DNA of 63,209 nucleotides, filler included, from Ministeria vibrans ATCC 50519 (lineage: Eukaryota > Protista > Filasterea), in NCBI GenBank assembly GCA_943704425.1. It is 4 parts of 4 records of this genome, joined end to end, with 100 filler letters (N's around TTAATTAATTAA, not from the genome) between each part and the next. Parts side by side here need not be neighbours in the genome. Positions count along the whole stretch, not along the records: positions 1 to 27,811 come from CALSCP010000209.1; positions 27,912 to 58,040 come from CALSCP010002587.1; 2 more parts are not named here. One strand, written 5' to 3'. Within the stretch, counting starts at the first letter, position 1; each line of letters opens with the position of its first letter. The notes under the pieces were generated by a model, which saw only the letters and a program-made list of their open reading frames with translations, ran no database searches and was not told the origin of the DNA. The position numbers were made by a program, and so were the translations under genes. Shown piece after piece: positions 27,213 through 42,639 of the stretch.

Positions 27213-27677
27213 TCATTTTTTCTTGTGCGACACAAAGCGCACCATAGAGTGGGCGTCAGTCGCCCACACGCGTCCCTGTACATCCTCCAGACGAACCGCA
27301 ACCGTCACATTCACGCCAGACGCAACAACACCCCCGCCCACATACGCACCGTGAGCATCGCGAGCGGCGCGTGGGGGCGACACAGAGAGCGTCGCGGAAC
27401 ACGAGAAAAAATCGTCGCGCGGCTGAGCGCGCAATGTCCGTTGCGTCTGAAGAAAGACAATATCGTGTTCACAGCAGAATGAACACACAAAAAAAAATTA
27501 CACACAAATATTAGAGAACAGAAAGAAAAAGAAAAAAAAGAATTATCATACCATTTGAATAGGCTTTGACGGGTGATCCGTGGCGACTGAAAAGGATACC
27601 AGAACTGCCACAAAGCGACGACCACACATTGTATTCTTCTGCACGATCTGCCCTTCCACTCGCACACTCTGCTCAAC
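27213..27677 (-). CDS. INTS7: Integrator subunit 7, C-terminal exons (5' part lost in gap)
   Basis: VRVEGQIVQ..RRFVAVLVSFS..AQPRDDFFSCSATL..NVTVAVRLEDVQGRVWATD resembles the INTS7 C-terminus (KVEGVVQ..EPHNDYFS..KDANGIVWKTG). Confidence 0.6.
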
Positions 27678-27732
27678 CTACACAAATGATAACACGTCTC
27701 AGTCAACGAAAACGCACACATACACACACACA

Positions 27733-27811
<79 letters not shown>

Positions 27812-27911
27812 NNNNNNNNNNNNNNNNNNNNNNNNNNNNNNNNNNNNNNNNNNNNTTAATTAATTAANNNNNNNNNNNNNNNNNNNNNNNNNNNNNNNNN
27901 NNNNNNNNNNN
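27812..27911. other. Assembly gap with TTAATTAATTAA six-frame-stop linker (also at 58041-58140 and 60247-60346)
   Basis: Identical 12-mer flanked by N runs at three places. Confidence 0.95.
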
Positions 27912-27957
27912 TTTTTTTTGCGCTCTCTCACTCAACTTCATTTCTTCATTTGTTCAG

Positions 27958-28315
27958 CTCAATGATTAGTGTGTGGCCTCGCGACGGTGCTCATGGTCAT
28001 AGAAACTACCGGTGAGGCTTTGCGAATTGCGCTATTCATCAGGAAGTGCTTTTACCTTTACTCTTTGTTCTCTCTGACAGCGCATTAGTGACTGCCTCAG
28101 AACCCTTCGCTGTACACGATCCCGCCTCCACGACGGGCACCTCGAAAGACCCACTGGTGGATCTTGAGCGACCCACCGACCGTGCCAAGGCTGCGGCCAT
28201 CCGTGTTCTCTCACAGCGTGTGTCTGCCGCGGTCGGACTTATCGCCGCAACACCCCCATCCAATGTGCTTGTCGTTGATTTTGAAGCGGCCGTTCGCAAT
28301 GGCTACACGCAGTAG
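27958..28315 (+). CDS. 3' exons of an unidentified gene (5' part in gap)
   Basis: Splice acceptors at about 27957 and 28080 followed by an open frame ending ..VVDFEAAVRNGYTQ*; no recognised family. Confidence 0.35.
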
Positions 28316-28716
28316 CAGTGGTCTCTCACTCGATCACACTCATATCATATAGTGTACAGCTTTCAAATGTAATATTTCTTGCAATACTAAGGATAGCGCC
28401 GGCGAGACAACCGCGCCACCATGTTCGACAGACTCTTTCCTTTTTTTTTCTTCTTTTTTTTCTTCTTTCCTGTCACCTGTCCGACTGTCACTACGACAGC
28501 TTCAGATTTGTCATTTGAGAATCAAAAGCTTTCCCAATAATAAACCGACCGTTTACATTTTTTGCTCTGCTCTTTCTATGACGAGTGATTGAAGATTATA
28601 TCCAAACATTGATTATTCTATTGATAATTCATTAACGGTTACTCAATTTCGCAGCTTCCTTCATAACCAAGGTTCATTTGCGTAATCACACCACCCCCAT
28701 TCTCTTCTAATCAAAC

Positions 28717-30667
<1,951 letters not shown>

Positions 30668-30833
30668 AGTATTAATAAGACTACGTCTATTTCTTATTAA
30701 AATGAAAAAAGTCAATAATTTTCGTCTTATCTCCTTCCACAAAAACACACTATCATACATAAATTTTTATGCCTTTAATAATTATAATAAATAAATAATA
30801 ATATAATTACGTCGTACTCGCGCGTACTCTTTC

Positions 30834-32832
30834 TCATATGAAACCGCCCTGGCCTTGCGGCTGAAAGAAGAACGAGCAGTTTTGTGGGGGAATGAGATGA
30901 CGATGGAGTGTGGAGGGAAAGGGACCGCATGCGTCATAGATACGGTCCAGGTGAGGGGTGGTGCGGGGCACTCGGTAGTTGTTGTCGCAACACTGCACAG
31001 ACAGACATAGAAAAAGAAGAAAAAAAAAGTGGGGGTGAGTGGAGATTGAGAGACGTACAAAAGCGAGAGCGTTGGGAAGAGAGTGTATCTGTGTTATGCA
31101 TCTTTTTTATGGTACGGCTGTTGGAGGTCGGGACCAGTCATATGCGAACATGGACGTAAACTCTTTGTCTTTCAGCGACGGTCGCCTCAGACACTGAAAC
31201 GAACCGTTGACAAAACCTTGCATTTCCTAAGCAGAAACAACCCAATCATTCCTATTCCCACACAGTGAGTGTCGTTTTTATCAATTTGTTTCTTTCTCCA
31301 AAAAAAATATGTCACATTCTCTGAAATATATTATTATAATAATATTATAATATTTTTATAATTATTATTATTATTATAATAAAATTATAATTTATTATTA
31401 TAATTTCCATCGCTTTTGTTTCTTTTTCCTCTCTCTCTTCTCTCTCTCTTCTCTCTCTTGTTTTAGTCTGTCTCGTTCGCCGTACCGTCAGAGTGGCTTT
31501 ATGAAACACCGAAAAAAGTGGAATGCATGGCCGTGCGCCTGTCAGTGTGTCAAAGCGGTTGTCGTGGAATCGCGTAATGTCCAGCGACGACAAGACTGTT
31601 CCAATCTATCAAATCAAATTAGATACTATTTTCTTTCTTCAGGAGATGCCAATAAAACTCTAACTTTACCATTGCATCTTCTGACCGGTGGATCTCCAAT
31701 AAAGGTTTGTTTTCAATAATATAGTGCACAAGATCAGCGCTGAAAGCAAATGAAAGAGAAAGTCAATAAAAAACAATTAGGTGGCGTAAAGATCGCACCT
31801 TAAAAAGTAGGCTCCTCCCATTGCATACTAATAAAAAGGATGTCAACGTGTGTAAACATGCTTCATCCCCCTCTCTATCACATAGTTTTTACTCCCTCCC
31901 CTCCAACTATTGTGTTATTTCCCTCCATTGTTTTTACTCCCTCTCTACGTCTTCCGTATCTATTATATAATCAATATTATTTTTCTTACCGGAAAGTGTG
32001 TTTTGCAAAAGAAGAACTTGGGTTCATCGTATTTGGCCATGGTGGGTTCGTGTGTGACAACAGACGGACGGAAAAAGCCCCAGTAGAGCCGATCAGGTGG
32101 CTTGGATGCAAGCAGGGCGGGCAGGGTGTGCGCGTCTAGCAGCGTGTCGTCGTCAATTTTGACGAGGTAGTCGAATGTGTAGCGCTTGTACACTTCCTCC
32201 AGTCCGTCGAGAACCTGGATAAGGATGCAATCTTACAATCATACCAATAATTTTCGTTCGCCCGTACCTTGAGTGAGAGTGTTGTGAACCGATCTTGTAG
32301 GTGTGGCAGCAGTATCATGTCTTGGTGTTCCTCCTGTTCGGCCGCCAGTCTCTGTCAACGAATCTCAATACAATGCGACGGTTCCAATGGGGACGTGTAC
32401 CTGTTGATCGTGGACGGTGATGGTGAACGGATGGTTTCGAATGATCGCAGTCGACACGACAAAGAGGGCCTTTGAGTCGGGAAAGCGGTGAAGCCAGGTG
32501 GATCGCATGGCTGTGCGTCGCTCTGTGTTGTCGGGGCGAGGACCCGAAACGACAAGGATGAGCAGTTTCACCTTGGGCGTTGTCGTCGACGGCGCAATGC
32601 TGAGCCAGGTCGCATCCATTCGAGCGCGACTGGTCGCGCGCACCGCAGCTGCAGCCGTTTCAGTGGAGCTGGGTGTGGCAGACGAGGCTGCAGGCTGGGC
32701 CGAAGCGGAGAGGTTGCGTCCAAGTCGTGTCTTGGAAAACACATCGACGTTTGCAGAGTAACCAATGAGCAGGCCCAGGAGAAGTCCCATCACAAGCGCC
32801 TCTTTTGAGACGACATTCCTATAACGACCCAT
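30834..32832 (-). CDS. B3GALT6: GT31 beta-1,3-galactosyltransferase, B3GALT6-like
   Basis: Type II TM; LLILVVSGP..ERRTAMRSTW..LSLKVL..FDYLVKIDDDT..RLYWGFF..FPYAMGG..HDNRFDT..YDWSRPPTA|CC, matching B3GALT6 YDWSAPPSQCC. Confidence 0.8.
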
Positions 32833-32922
32833 CCATTCGACGGACAGAAAGGAAAAAAAGATCTGTGACTGACTGGTGCGATCATATTAATCATCAACAT
32901 AAAATTTTTACCTGACATAGAC

Positions 32923-35330
32923 ATGAAAAAGATCACGTCCTTCTTCGGTAACCAACCCTCTCTTTCTCCTGCGCCAAAGGTATCAAGCATTCCACCAACA
33001 ACTCAACGTTGCTACTGAACCCCTTTTTGGTGGATTTGCGCCTTGTTTCGCTGTAGACGTGCTCTTGTCCGATTTGCGCTCGAATTGTGTTGCTTGATGA
33101 TATCAATGCACACCTAGACTCGGGATGCCAGGCCTTACTAGTCCATGTAGCACCACCTACGGACGAGACGGATGAAAAGGAGCCCCGTTGCGCGTCTGAC
33201 TGTGAGGAGAACGAGCCAAACGCCACGGAGGTCGCAGACGAAGAGGACCAAGACAACTCGGACGGTTCCTCTGACGCGCCGCCTGACCGCACGCCGTACT
33301 ACCTCATGAACTTTTGTCTTGTGGCCGAGGTCGCCGTCGCCGACAATCCAGCCGTGTTCAGTACGGCCGACCGTCTTGTGATGGAGATGTTTTTGGCGTG
33401 TTCTGAGCGCTCACAACGATTGTTCGTGCGCTTGCACTCGCGCAAGCCTGAATGGTTCCGACAGACAAAACTCGGGTATGCCGACGAACTTGGTGATTTG
33501 GTGCCGTTAGTGGATGAGCTGGTGAATGCAAACCTTTTGGAGCGTGGAGAGTATCGTGCGGAACAAGTCGACGATTTCACACCCAATCGCGAAGTGGCAC
33601 CCCTTTCGTACGACGAGGCTCTGGCATTGCTGAGTGTGGTGGAAATCAAAGAGATTGCTGGACGTTGTGGTCTTGGACGGGGGCGCTTGGCGTCGTCGTC
33701 GTCGTCGTCGTCGCCGAATCGTTCCGCGTTGCTTGACAACATGCTACGGGATGCACAACAGCAACGTACCGTCACGGGTGGTTCACGCGAGACGTTGTTG
33801 CGAACACGTATTGGACGGGCAGTGGGCTCGTGCATTCGAGTGGAAAAACACACGCAACGACTGTACGCACGCGCGAGACAGATGTTCTTTCTCAACGAGT
33901 CGTACGACGATCGCGACATCAGCACGTTCTATCTCAACTTCAAGAACAAGGTGGTCTACCCGACCTACACCATTGACCGTCGTACGCCTGTGTTTGCCAC
34001 GCGCGAAGACTTTGTGCAGTGGGATGATACATTGCGTCTCGAGGCGGACATTGTTGCCATGATGGAAAAGGGACATTTTGTTGCAGCGTTTGCGTGTGTG
34101 CGTGAGTGCATTGCAGAGTGGCGTGTTGCCGTGGCGTCGCTGACCGAAGACACGTTGCAGTTGCAAGCGGGCCAACAGCACACAGCTGTACCCTATTTGC
34201 GTCGCTTTAGTCGTGGTTGTGTACTCACGCGTGTACTCTGCCTCGGAGTAGAGTCACTCGAACGTGAGCGGGAGTACACTGAGGCGGCATCGATCCTTCG
34301 CGAGCTCTTACACCAGTCTGTGTATTGTACGTCGTCGCGCGGTCGCTGGTACGATCGTTTGGCACTGGATTTGGAGCATCTCAAGGATCTGGAAGAATCC
34401 TATCGAGTGTGTTTGAGGGGCTTGTCAGACGCACAGGTGCGCACCGGCCATCGCTATGCATTGCTAGAGCGCGCGTGGCGTCTTCACAAAAGACTGAACA
34501 AAGCCAAATCATCGGTGCTCCCGCCACCTTCAGAGACTATTCCAGAGCTGTCGATGATCCCACAACGTCGTGTGCGTGTTCTGCGCGTTCCATCACTCAG
34601 CGATACACCCGGCGGATCTGTGATGGTGCGTTGTTTGCCTGGCGGCTCGCAAGGTGATGACGCCACTGCGTATCCTGTCGAAGAGTACGCGCTACACGAG
34701 TATGCACGCGATGGCTATGCAGGGGTACACGCGGAAGGGAGCATCACAAGCACTCTATTTGCCTTGCTCTTTTGGGACGTCATCTTTACTCCCGTACCCG
34801 ATGTGTTTCGCAACCAATATCAGGTACAAATGGAAGGGGTGTGGGAGGATCTTAATCATTTTATTGTTGTTATTTTTATTTTTGGTTAGATTGCGCCGCT
34901 GGATTTTGCAACGGACCACTTTTACGCGTCGCGTCAAGCACTAGTGGATGCACGGGTGGCGGAACTACGTGCGTGTAGTGACGAGCAAGTGGGGATACTA
35001 GTGCAGACGTCGTATGAGACACACGATGGACAGGCGTGCAGTGGAATGCAGTGGGATCGATTTACGGTGGAGCAACTCATGGAGATTGTTGTGTGTTTTG
35101 GGGCGAGTGCGGTTGCGTCGCTGTGTGATGAGATGGCACGTGATTATCGGCACTGTCGTGGCGGCGTGCCCGATTTGACGCTGTGGCGCATGGCCGACCG
35201 CACAGCGCTCTTTGTCGAGGTCAAGTCGCTCAACGATCGACTGTCTAAAAAGCAAATTGTGTGGCTGCACAAGCTCAAGTCGTTTGGCATTCAAGTGGAG
35301 ACCTTTCACCTCGAGTACAACGAAGGATAA
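32923..35330 (+). CDS. FAN1: Fanconi-associated nuclease 1
   Basis: UBZ4 CPIC..INAHLDSGC; PYYLMNF; RGRWYDRLALDL; HAEGSITSTLFALLFWD; VRR-NUC RGGVPDLTLW..FVEVKSLNDRLSKKQIVW. Confidence 0.95.
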
Positions 35331-35397
35331 TGTAAAGCATCACTTGCGTGAATGATTATCACTTACACAACTCTCTTATTTATAAGGAGCACCACAC

Positions 35398-37813
35398 TCA
35401 ACTGCGACTCTCAAATGCTGCGGCTCGCAGCACCAGTGCCACTGCTACTGCACCAGGATCACGCGTTCCCTCTACACGACTGGCCTCGACATACGCGGCG
35501 CGCCCTACCGCCGCGCCCATGGACGCTGTCAGCGCAGACCCTCTTTCAGCGGCCGCCACTGCCTCTGCCCACCCTTCCGAGCGCGTGAGTGCGCGTGCGG
35601 CAGGCCACAGCGCGTCCAAGAGTGTCCGGTCGCCTTCTCGTGCTTGGCCGTAGTGACTCACTGTCTCACATGCACTCCCAAGCACTTTGCCCCACATTGA
35701 ATCACTCAATTCACTGGCAGTTCCATTTAAGTTGGCCGCCGCATTTGCGGCAGAGCCAAGCAAAATGGAGAGAATTGCGCCACTGGTGCCTATATATTGT
35801 GGATGGAAACGTGGGAGGTGTCAGTCTTTGGGGATCGAGGGTTGTCAACTTACCTCCCATTGTGGCCGAGACTAGCTCACTGAGCGCCTTGAGCACACAG
35901 TTTATCGCAGGCGACTCAGTTGACCATAACACGTCGTGCAGAGTGGACGTCGCCCGTCCATCCATTGTGAGTGCCTCAAGCACACCTAGCGATGGAAAAA
36001 TCGAGCTATGTTATAGCATCAGCGCATTGCTTAAGTCTACCATTGGCACCCTGTACAAGGGTCGAGCCGCAGTCAGCATCGCCTGAGACAGCGTCAAGTT
36101 GATTGAGCTGTGTCTCGGCCGACAGCAGTGTCTGTGCAACACGCGTGAGCACACGATGAACAGGGCCGTGTGGTCGTGCGCCTTTGTTGTCTGGTGAGAC
36201 ATGCGTGACGGGACCTGCCACCTTAGGTGTCTCCCTGCAGAAAGGTTGTCGTTGTGGTGGCTCAGTCGACACAGAGGCAAAGGGCGAAACGACCACTCGC
36301 TCGTCAAGAGACGCAAGGTCCTCGTCATCGCTCACTCGCAAAACCGACACAGACAGGCCCGACATGTCCAACGAGCTCATGTACACGCCTATGTACAGTC
36401 GACACACTTCGAGCGAGTGCGTTCCCTCCAGTTGAGACAGTACATCCGCAGTAGCCACACTCATTTCAAGACATGACTGTGAGTATATAATCATAAGAAA
36501 TTAAAAAATAATAAGAAAAATAAATAGAGACAAGAGCTGATTAATCTAATAATATAATATTATACTTTCGTGCAACGTTCATTTATGTCGTACCGTTCCG
36601 CCGAGATTGTTCACCAAGACAACTATCCTTTCGTTATCATTCAGCTTCAGTGCGTCGACCAGCATTTTGAGCATTTCAGCAATCGTTTCGGCTGACGACA
36701 CAAACCGCGCACGGCGAAATCCGCTTTCCCCCTAGTAAAATTTACTTTCATCACAACACACGTATTATTCTCTCTATCACTTTGTCTCTCTCTCAATCAC
36801 TGTCTTGTTTCTCTCTCTCTATCTCTCTCTATCACTTTGTTTCTCTCTCTATCACTTTGTTTCTATCTCTACTTTGTTTCTATCTCTACTTTGTTTCTCT
36901 CTCTATCACTTTGTTTGTCTCTCTATCACTTTGTTTCTCTCTCTACTTTGTTTCTCTCTCTATCACTTTGTTCTCTCTCTATCACTCTCCTTTCTCTCTC
37001 TCTGTCTCTCTGTCTCTCTCTCTTAGCGTTTACGTGAATGCCCAAACCAATTTCCATTTGGTTATCCGCCAAGGCGGCCGGGCGAGGGCGTGTGGGGAGT
37101 GATGGGGCGGACAGGGCGACGCCAATGGTCGCCAGATGGGAACACACACGCTGCGCGAGCTCGACCAGGCGCTCAAGAGAACGGCCACGTCGTGCGGCTT
37201 CACCAACAATTTTGATAACAAGCGCAGCACCAGCTAGACCACGTGCACCCACACGGTTGGCGGGCACGGCAACATCGTCGGCGACAAAAATAATTTCGAC
37301 TCGTTTGCCAGCGACCTTTGCTTGCTCCACAGCCGCACCAAAGTTGAGACGGTCACCAGTATAGTTCAGAGCAATGATGAGAGTTCCCGCTTTACCCGTG
37401 ACCCGATGGATAGCAGCGAGAACGTCTGACGACGGGGGGCTGGCGAACACGGCGCCACAGACTGGAATTCAATTCGTGTGGTTTAGTGCGTCTCAGCTGT
37501 AAGAATCTGCTCATACCGGCGCCCGAGAGTAACCCGTCCCCTACAAATCCTGCAGCAAACGGTTCGTGACCCGATCCGCCACCTGAGAGCAGCGAGACGC
37601 GCGCATCCTTCACACAGTCGATCTGGCGACGACACACAACGCGCGGAAAGCCAGCAATTCGTTCGAGTTGCTTGTCATTCGACAGGAGACCATCAAGTGC
37701 GGCGTCGACGCACTAGAAACACAAGGCTTGTGGTGTCAACAAAGAAAGAGTTGAAGTAGAAAACGCAGTGGATAGATCATTGAGCGTACGGTAGTCGGCG
37801 AGTTGATAAACAT
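35398..37813 (-). CDS. TKFC: Triokinase/dihydroxyacetone kinase (fused DAK1-DAK2)
   Basis: SGGGSGHEP, NYTGDRLNFG, MEIGLGIHGE, LVNNLGG, LDAVSGDADCG, GDRTLLDAL, GRAAYV..DPGAVAV. Confidence 0.93.
36770..36990. repeat. Intronic minisatellite of ~20-bp unit CTCTCTATCACTTTGTTT
   Basis: About 9 degenerate tandem copies; the same motif also occurs at about 5990-6100, 11810, 24885 and 63120-63170. Confidence 0.85.
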
Positions 37814-37919
37814 TTCTGACTAAAGTGCATTGAATATCTTTCGAATACACGCAACATCCATGATCTACAGTTCTAAACCTGAACATCAAAAATAAACAGC
37901 CACTTGTCGCCGTCTTGCG

Positions 37920-39625
37920 ATGAAGCCAATCATCGTCTTCATAGCGACGCTCTGCACCCTTTGTCTGTCTGCACCTGTCCGTCTCCTGATCGACACGGAC
38001 GCCGGATTCGACGTTGACGATGTTGGCGCCATTTGCGTCGCAAACGCGCTTCAAGACAACGGAGAAGCCGAAATCATTGCTGTTGGCCATACCAATGGCT
38101 TTGTGAAAGGTCGCAATGAATGGATTTTGGCTTCCGACGTTGTTTGTTGACAAAAAGGAAAACATTTTTAGGCATTGGAGGTGTGTCGGCCGTAATGGAG
38201 TTCTACAACCGCACAAACGTGCCCCTTGGAGCGTACAAAGGTCCCTGGGCTCGCGACTCGAACGCCGGCAAGGTAAGCACAGTCTCTCGCACTCACGAGC
38301 AAAGTTGAGTTGTTATGACTCCATAGGGAACTGCCGACAAGTACCTCTCTGATTTGGTGTCCAACTACCCGTCGCCCGTCAAGAACTCGGCACAAGTTCC
38401 CGACGCCGTCTCCGTGTACCGAAAGGTGCTTGCCGCCCAGCCGGACAGGTCGGTGCGCATTGCGTCCATTGGCATCACGACCAACTTGCGCGATCTCGTC
38501 ATGTCTCAGCCCGACGAACACAGTTCGTTGAATGGTCACGATCTTGTTGCAAAGAAAGTTCACACACTCGTGGCCATGGACGGAATGTATAACTTTGGGT
38601 GCGCGCAACACGACACGGACGACTGGCTGGGACCCGACACGGACTGTCGTGGAAGCGCGCAAATCGCCATTATGAACTGGCCTAGCAGCGTGCGCCTCAT
38701 CTTCTCGGGCGTGGGTGCGGACACGCTTCATGGCAGTTGGCTCACGGGCTGTGTTGCACACGGCAACCCTGTCCGACAAGCCTTTGAAGACTGGCTCGGT
38801 CCGAATGCCGGTCGCTCTTCGTGGGATCCCATCGCGGTTATGATTGCTGTGCGGGGCGCAGAGGGAGTCCACTGCAAAGAGGTCGATGTGGGCACGGGAC
38901 GCATGATGGTCGACGAGGCCGGCCACGAGACGTGGCAGTCGGGCACAGCGTCGAATCAGTCACGCATTGCCTACGCGGGCACCAACTCCCAAGCGGCCAT
39001 CTCGTTCGAGCTCAACCAGCTCATGTGCAAGCCCCCGGGTGCCTGGCTGCCCACCAGCAACTCAACGGCATGGACCATGGGCGCTGGTGAGAACTGCTAC
39101 GGTTCGCGTGGAACCGACCCTGCACACGGAGCTACTGACCTCGAGCACCCTGCAGGCGTCTCGTGCGGCGATATGCCTTATGCCGAGTGCCAGCAAAAGT
39201 GTCTCGCCCTGCCGGGCTGCTCAGCGATCACGACAAAGGACGCAGGCAACGGCAAGGTCTCGTGCTACCGCAAGACCGACATTAACTTTCGTCTGTGCGA
39301 CGCTAACACAGAATACTCCACGTCGGTGCGCCACGACTGGATGCTCGCGCGTGGCTTCAACTGCTACGGCCCTCGCGGCGACGAGCCCGGCCACGGCGCT
39401 ACGGACCTCGAGCACCCAGCCACCGCCGACTGCGGCACCATGACAGTACGCGACTGCCAGATCAAGTGCCATGGTATCCCCCAGTGCTCAGGCGTGACCT
39501 GGGCTGGACACGACCACAGTGGCGTCGGCAAGTGCTACCGCAAGGCCAACGTGTCCCTTGCCCACTGCGACCAAAACAGTGACTTTGACACGTACATCAG
39601 CGTCAACAACAACCCTCAATACTAA
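37920..39625 (+). CDS. Secreted nucleoside hydrolase-family protein with two C-terminal Cys-rich (PAN/apple-like) repeats
   Basis: Signal peptide; LLIDTDAGFDVDD (DxDxxxDD-type motif), SIGITTNL, RSSWDP; two ~90-aa repeats NCYG..HGATDLEHP..C..C..KC..C..CYRK. Confidence 0.85.
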
Positions 39626-39736
39626 TAAAATTGATTATTATTAAGTAATATTATCAAAATATAATAATAATAATAATATTATAATAATAATTATTATTAT
39701 AATATTATTTTATTGTTATTATTATTATTATAATAA

Positions 39737-39770
<34 letters not shown>

Positions 39771-39850
39771 TTTATTATTATTATTATGTTGTTGTTGTTT
39801 TGTTACACAATATAATTAATAATAATACTATTTTATTTAATTTTTTTTTT

Positions 39851-40924
39851 TTACACCTGGTCCTCTGTTTGCGTGGAATTCAGAGGCACGCGCACCACAT
39901 GGAGCGTCTGGGGGACTGTCACATGAGAACACAACAGCTCAACCTCCCCATCAAACAGCGACGCATTGTCATCCGAGTAGTCTTCGTTGTCGTTCTCGTC
40001 CGCCTGCAACTCAACATACTCTCCCTCACCCTCCAACACCACATAGCCGTCGCCATCAATCAGTGCGTCGTCATCCCCCTCCAACTCCACATACTCATTC
40101 GCCTCCTCCTCTGCCTCATCCAACTCCACATATTCGTTGCAGTCCTCCTCTTGGTCGCCCTCTTCACTCCCTGTCTCTCCCGACGCCCCTGCCACACTGC
40201 TCGACGCGGTCGCAGCAACCGTCTCGGCGCGTGACCGACTCTCAATCGCTGTCGCATTCCAATCCACATCGACTCGCTGCCCCCCTCCAGTGCCTACCAC
40301 AGTCAACGAATGCGCTCGTTTCGCCCCTCCTCCTCCTCCTCCTCCTCCTCTGCTGTTCTCCTCACTCCCTCCAGCATCCCCCGCCACAATCGCAACTGCA
40401 CCACGAACACTTTCCTTCTTCGTGCTGCTCTCCACCTTCCCACTTTCAATCCGCGACGACACGTTGCTCACAACAAAAATCCACTCGTCGCGCTCTCTCT
40501 CGTTGATCGCTTGCATCACAACACCGCTAAAATACACAAAATGATGAGCGCGAGTCAATTTTTTTTGATTCTGTTTATACCGTTTGATAATGGGAGTTTT
40601 AATCTCAAAGCAAAATCGACGGTCATCCTTGTCACAGGGACGCGCAGACGCACCTTTGAGTTGTAGCAAAACTCGCTTTGTCTAATATTATTCATGAATA
40701 AAAAAAGAAAGAGATAGAAAGGGGTGAGAAAGAACCGAACTCGAGAGAGAGAGAGAGTGTGTGTGTGTTTGAGTCCCGTTTTGTTTCCCCTCAATTATTT
40801 AACCTGTTGGCGCGTTTTGCACATAATTGTTCCTTTCTCAACCGACAAGTACATTCGCGTCCATTTCTTGCTTACTTTCCCAGAACTAAAACATTTCAAA
40901 AAATAATAAATAAACAATAAGAAG

Positions 40925-40979
<55 letters not shown>

Positions 40980-41407
40980 TTATTATTATTATTATTAATA
41001 CAATCAAGTGATGGCGACTTAAAATTTGATTTACCTTAAAACATTGAGCCAGTCACACTTCTCCAGCAAAAAGCGACGCGGCGGAACATACTCACTGAAG
41101 GGGTCCTCGGGATCCTAAGGCAACAACACACAATCGACAGTATTACATTCACAATACTATTCGGGATGTCGTCGTCTGACTGGGTCTGGATTATATCTGA
41201 GCTGATAATCGTCAATGAGATCGTCCGTTGTCTGTGATTGGCTTATGAGTGTGCGCTCTGCGTCGAGCCGAATCAACTGCAGCTCACACCGCATCGACAT
41301 GACAAAAGGTGTGACAGTGCCGTCCACATACCCAATCCCATGTTCAAACATTCCAGTCTGTGTCGAAAAGAGTTGAAAATTGTATCATTAGAAAAACGTC
41401 TCTCTGT

Positions 41408-41451
<44 letters not shown>

Positions 41452-41669
41452 TCTCTCTGTCTTGTTTGTTTGCATCTCTCTCTCTCTCTCTTTCATTAAG
41501 TATTGTGCTTGCCTGTGCATTAAGAAACGACAGCAGTGGCTCCAGCAGTGCAGTGCGTTTGCGCTGTTGAATACGGTTCAGCCGTGAGCAGTACTCGAGT
41601 GAAGTCGAGTGGAACTTCTTTCGAGCCGCTGTAAGGAAAATCAAATAGTGATCACACACACACACACAC

Positions 41670-41705
<36 letters not shown>

Positions 41706-42521
41706 TAAATAGAGAGTGTCGGGGGTTCTTCTTACAATACAAATCGGCATTGGCTTCAAACCGCAACTTGTCGGTGAGCTTCTTCTTGCTCTGTTTGCTG
41801 AAGCGCTGAGTGGCCGCATTGTGCTCGACACTCGCCTCATGAAAGGCCATCTATCAAATAAAACAAAGAACACCGTTGCATGGGCTCCCTTCACCAGCAT
41901 CAAACTGCTTGACCGACTACCTTGGCTTTTTGAGTCTTTGCAAGTTCTTCTCGTTGAAATGTCGCCAAGGGCTGAATCTACAAAATGGTCTGAGTCTCAC
42001 ACACTCTCACTCTCAAAACAGCGCACACACCACGTACCACCAGCGAATTCACATGTGCAAGGGCTGCGTCAGTGCCCCCGTTGATCTCGCCAATCATGTC
42101 GCCTATTTTCTCGACGGTGGACGACACAAGCGCGTCAGGCGCACCAAAGCCGTGTCTGCAGCACACAGACGCGTTATGGGCGACTTCCGCACATCTCTCT
42201 GCGCTCCTTTACCTCTTGTATGCTTTCAAATGGGCCACGAGACTCTTGGCAGCCTCAGCTTGTGCTTGTGCGGCCCGTTCAAACTGGCGACGAATCAACG
42301 GTTTTATCGTCTCTTCTCTCTGCCTCTACTGCTCCTACCTTTCGCAGGCGACTGAGCAGCACATCGACGTAGCCTCGTGTCGCATCGCAGTCTTGCTCGT
42401 GTAAGCTTTGGAGCTCACGTAACTATCAAAATTGTAAGTTATGTTGTTCTTGGAAGCAACGAGAAATGCCCACCTGAGGAGGGTCGTCCAGAGTCAATTG
42501 CAGATCAATACTGGGCAGCAT
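39851..42521 (-). CDS. APPL/ACAP-like BAR-PH protein
   Basis: MLPSIDLQLTLDDPPQ|..ARKKFHSTSLEYCSRLN..LLEPLLSFLNAQ (BAR); KKWTRMY..DDRRFCFEI..MQAINERERDEWI (PH). The 3' end is uncertain. Confidence 0.75.
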
Positions 42522-42639
42522 CTGGTTAACGCAACCGAGGCACCGACAATCGAGGTAAGAACTTATTTGACTAAATTGAGTAGTGACCCAGTGAATACCG
42601 ATGATCACTTATTGTCAATATAATTTATTTATTTCTTTC

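Noticed and set aside
27856-27867. Recurrent TTAATTAATTAA palindrome (also about 58085 and 60291)
   Set aside because: Always flanked by N runs; a six-frame-stop scaffolding linker, not biology.
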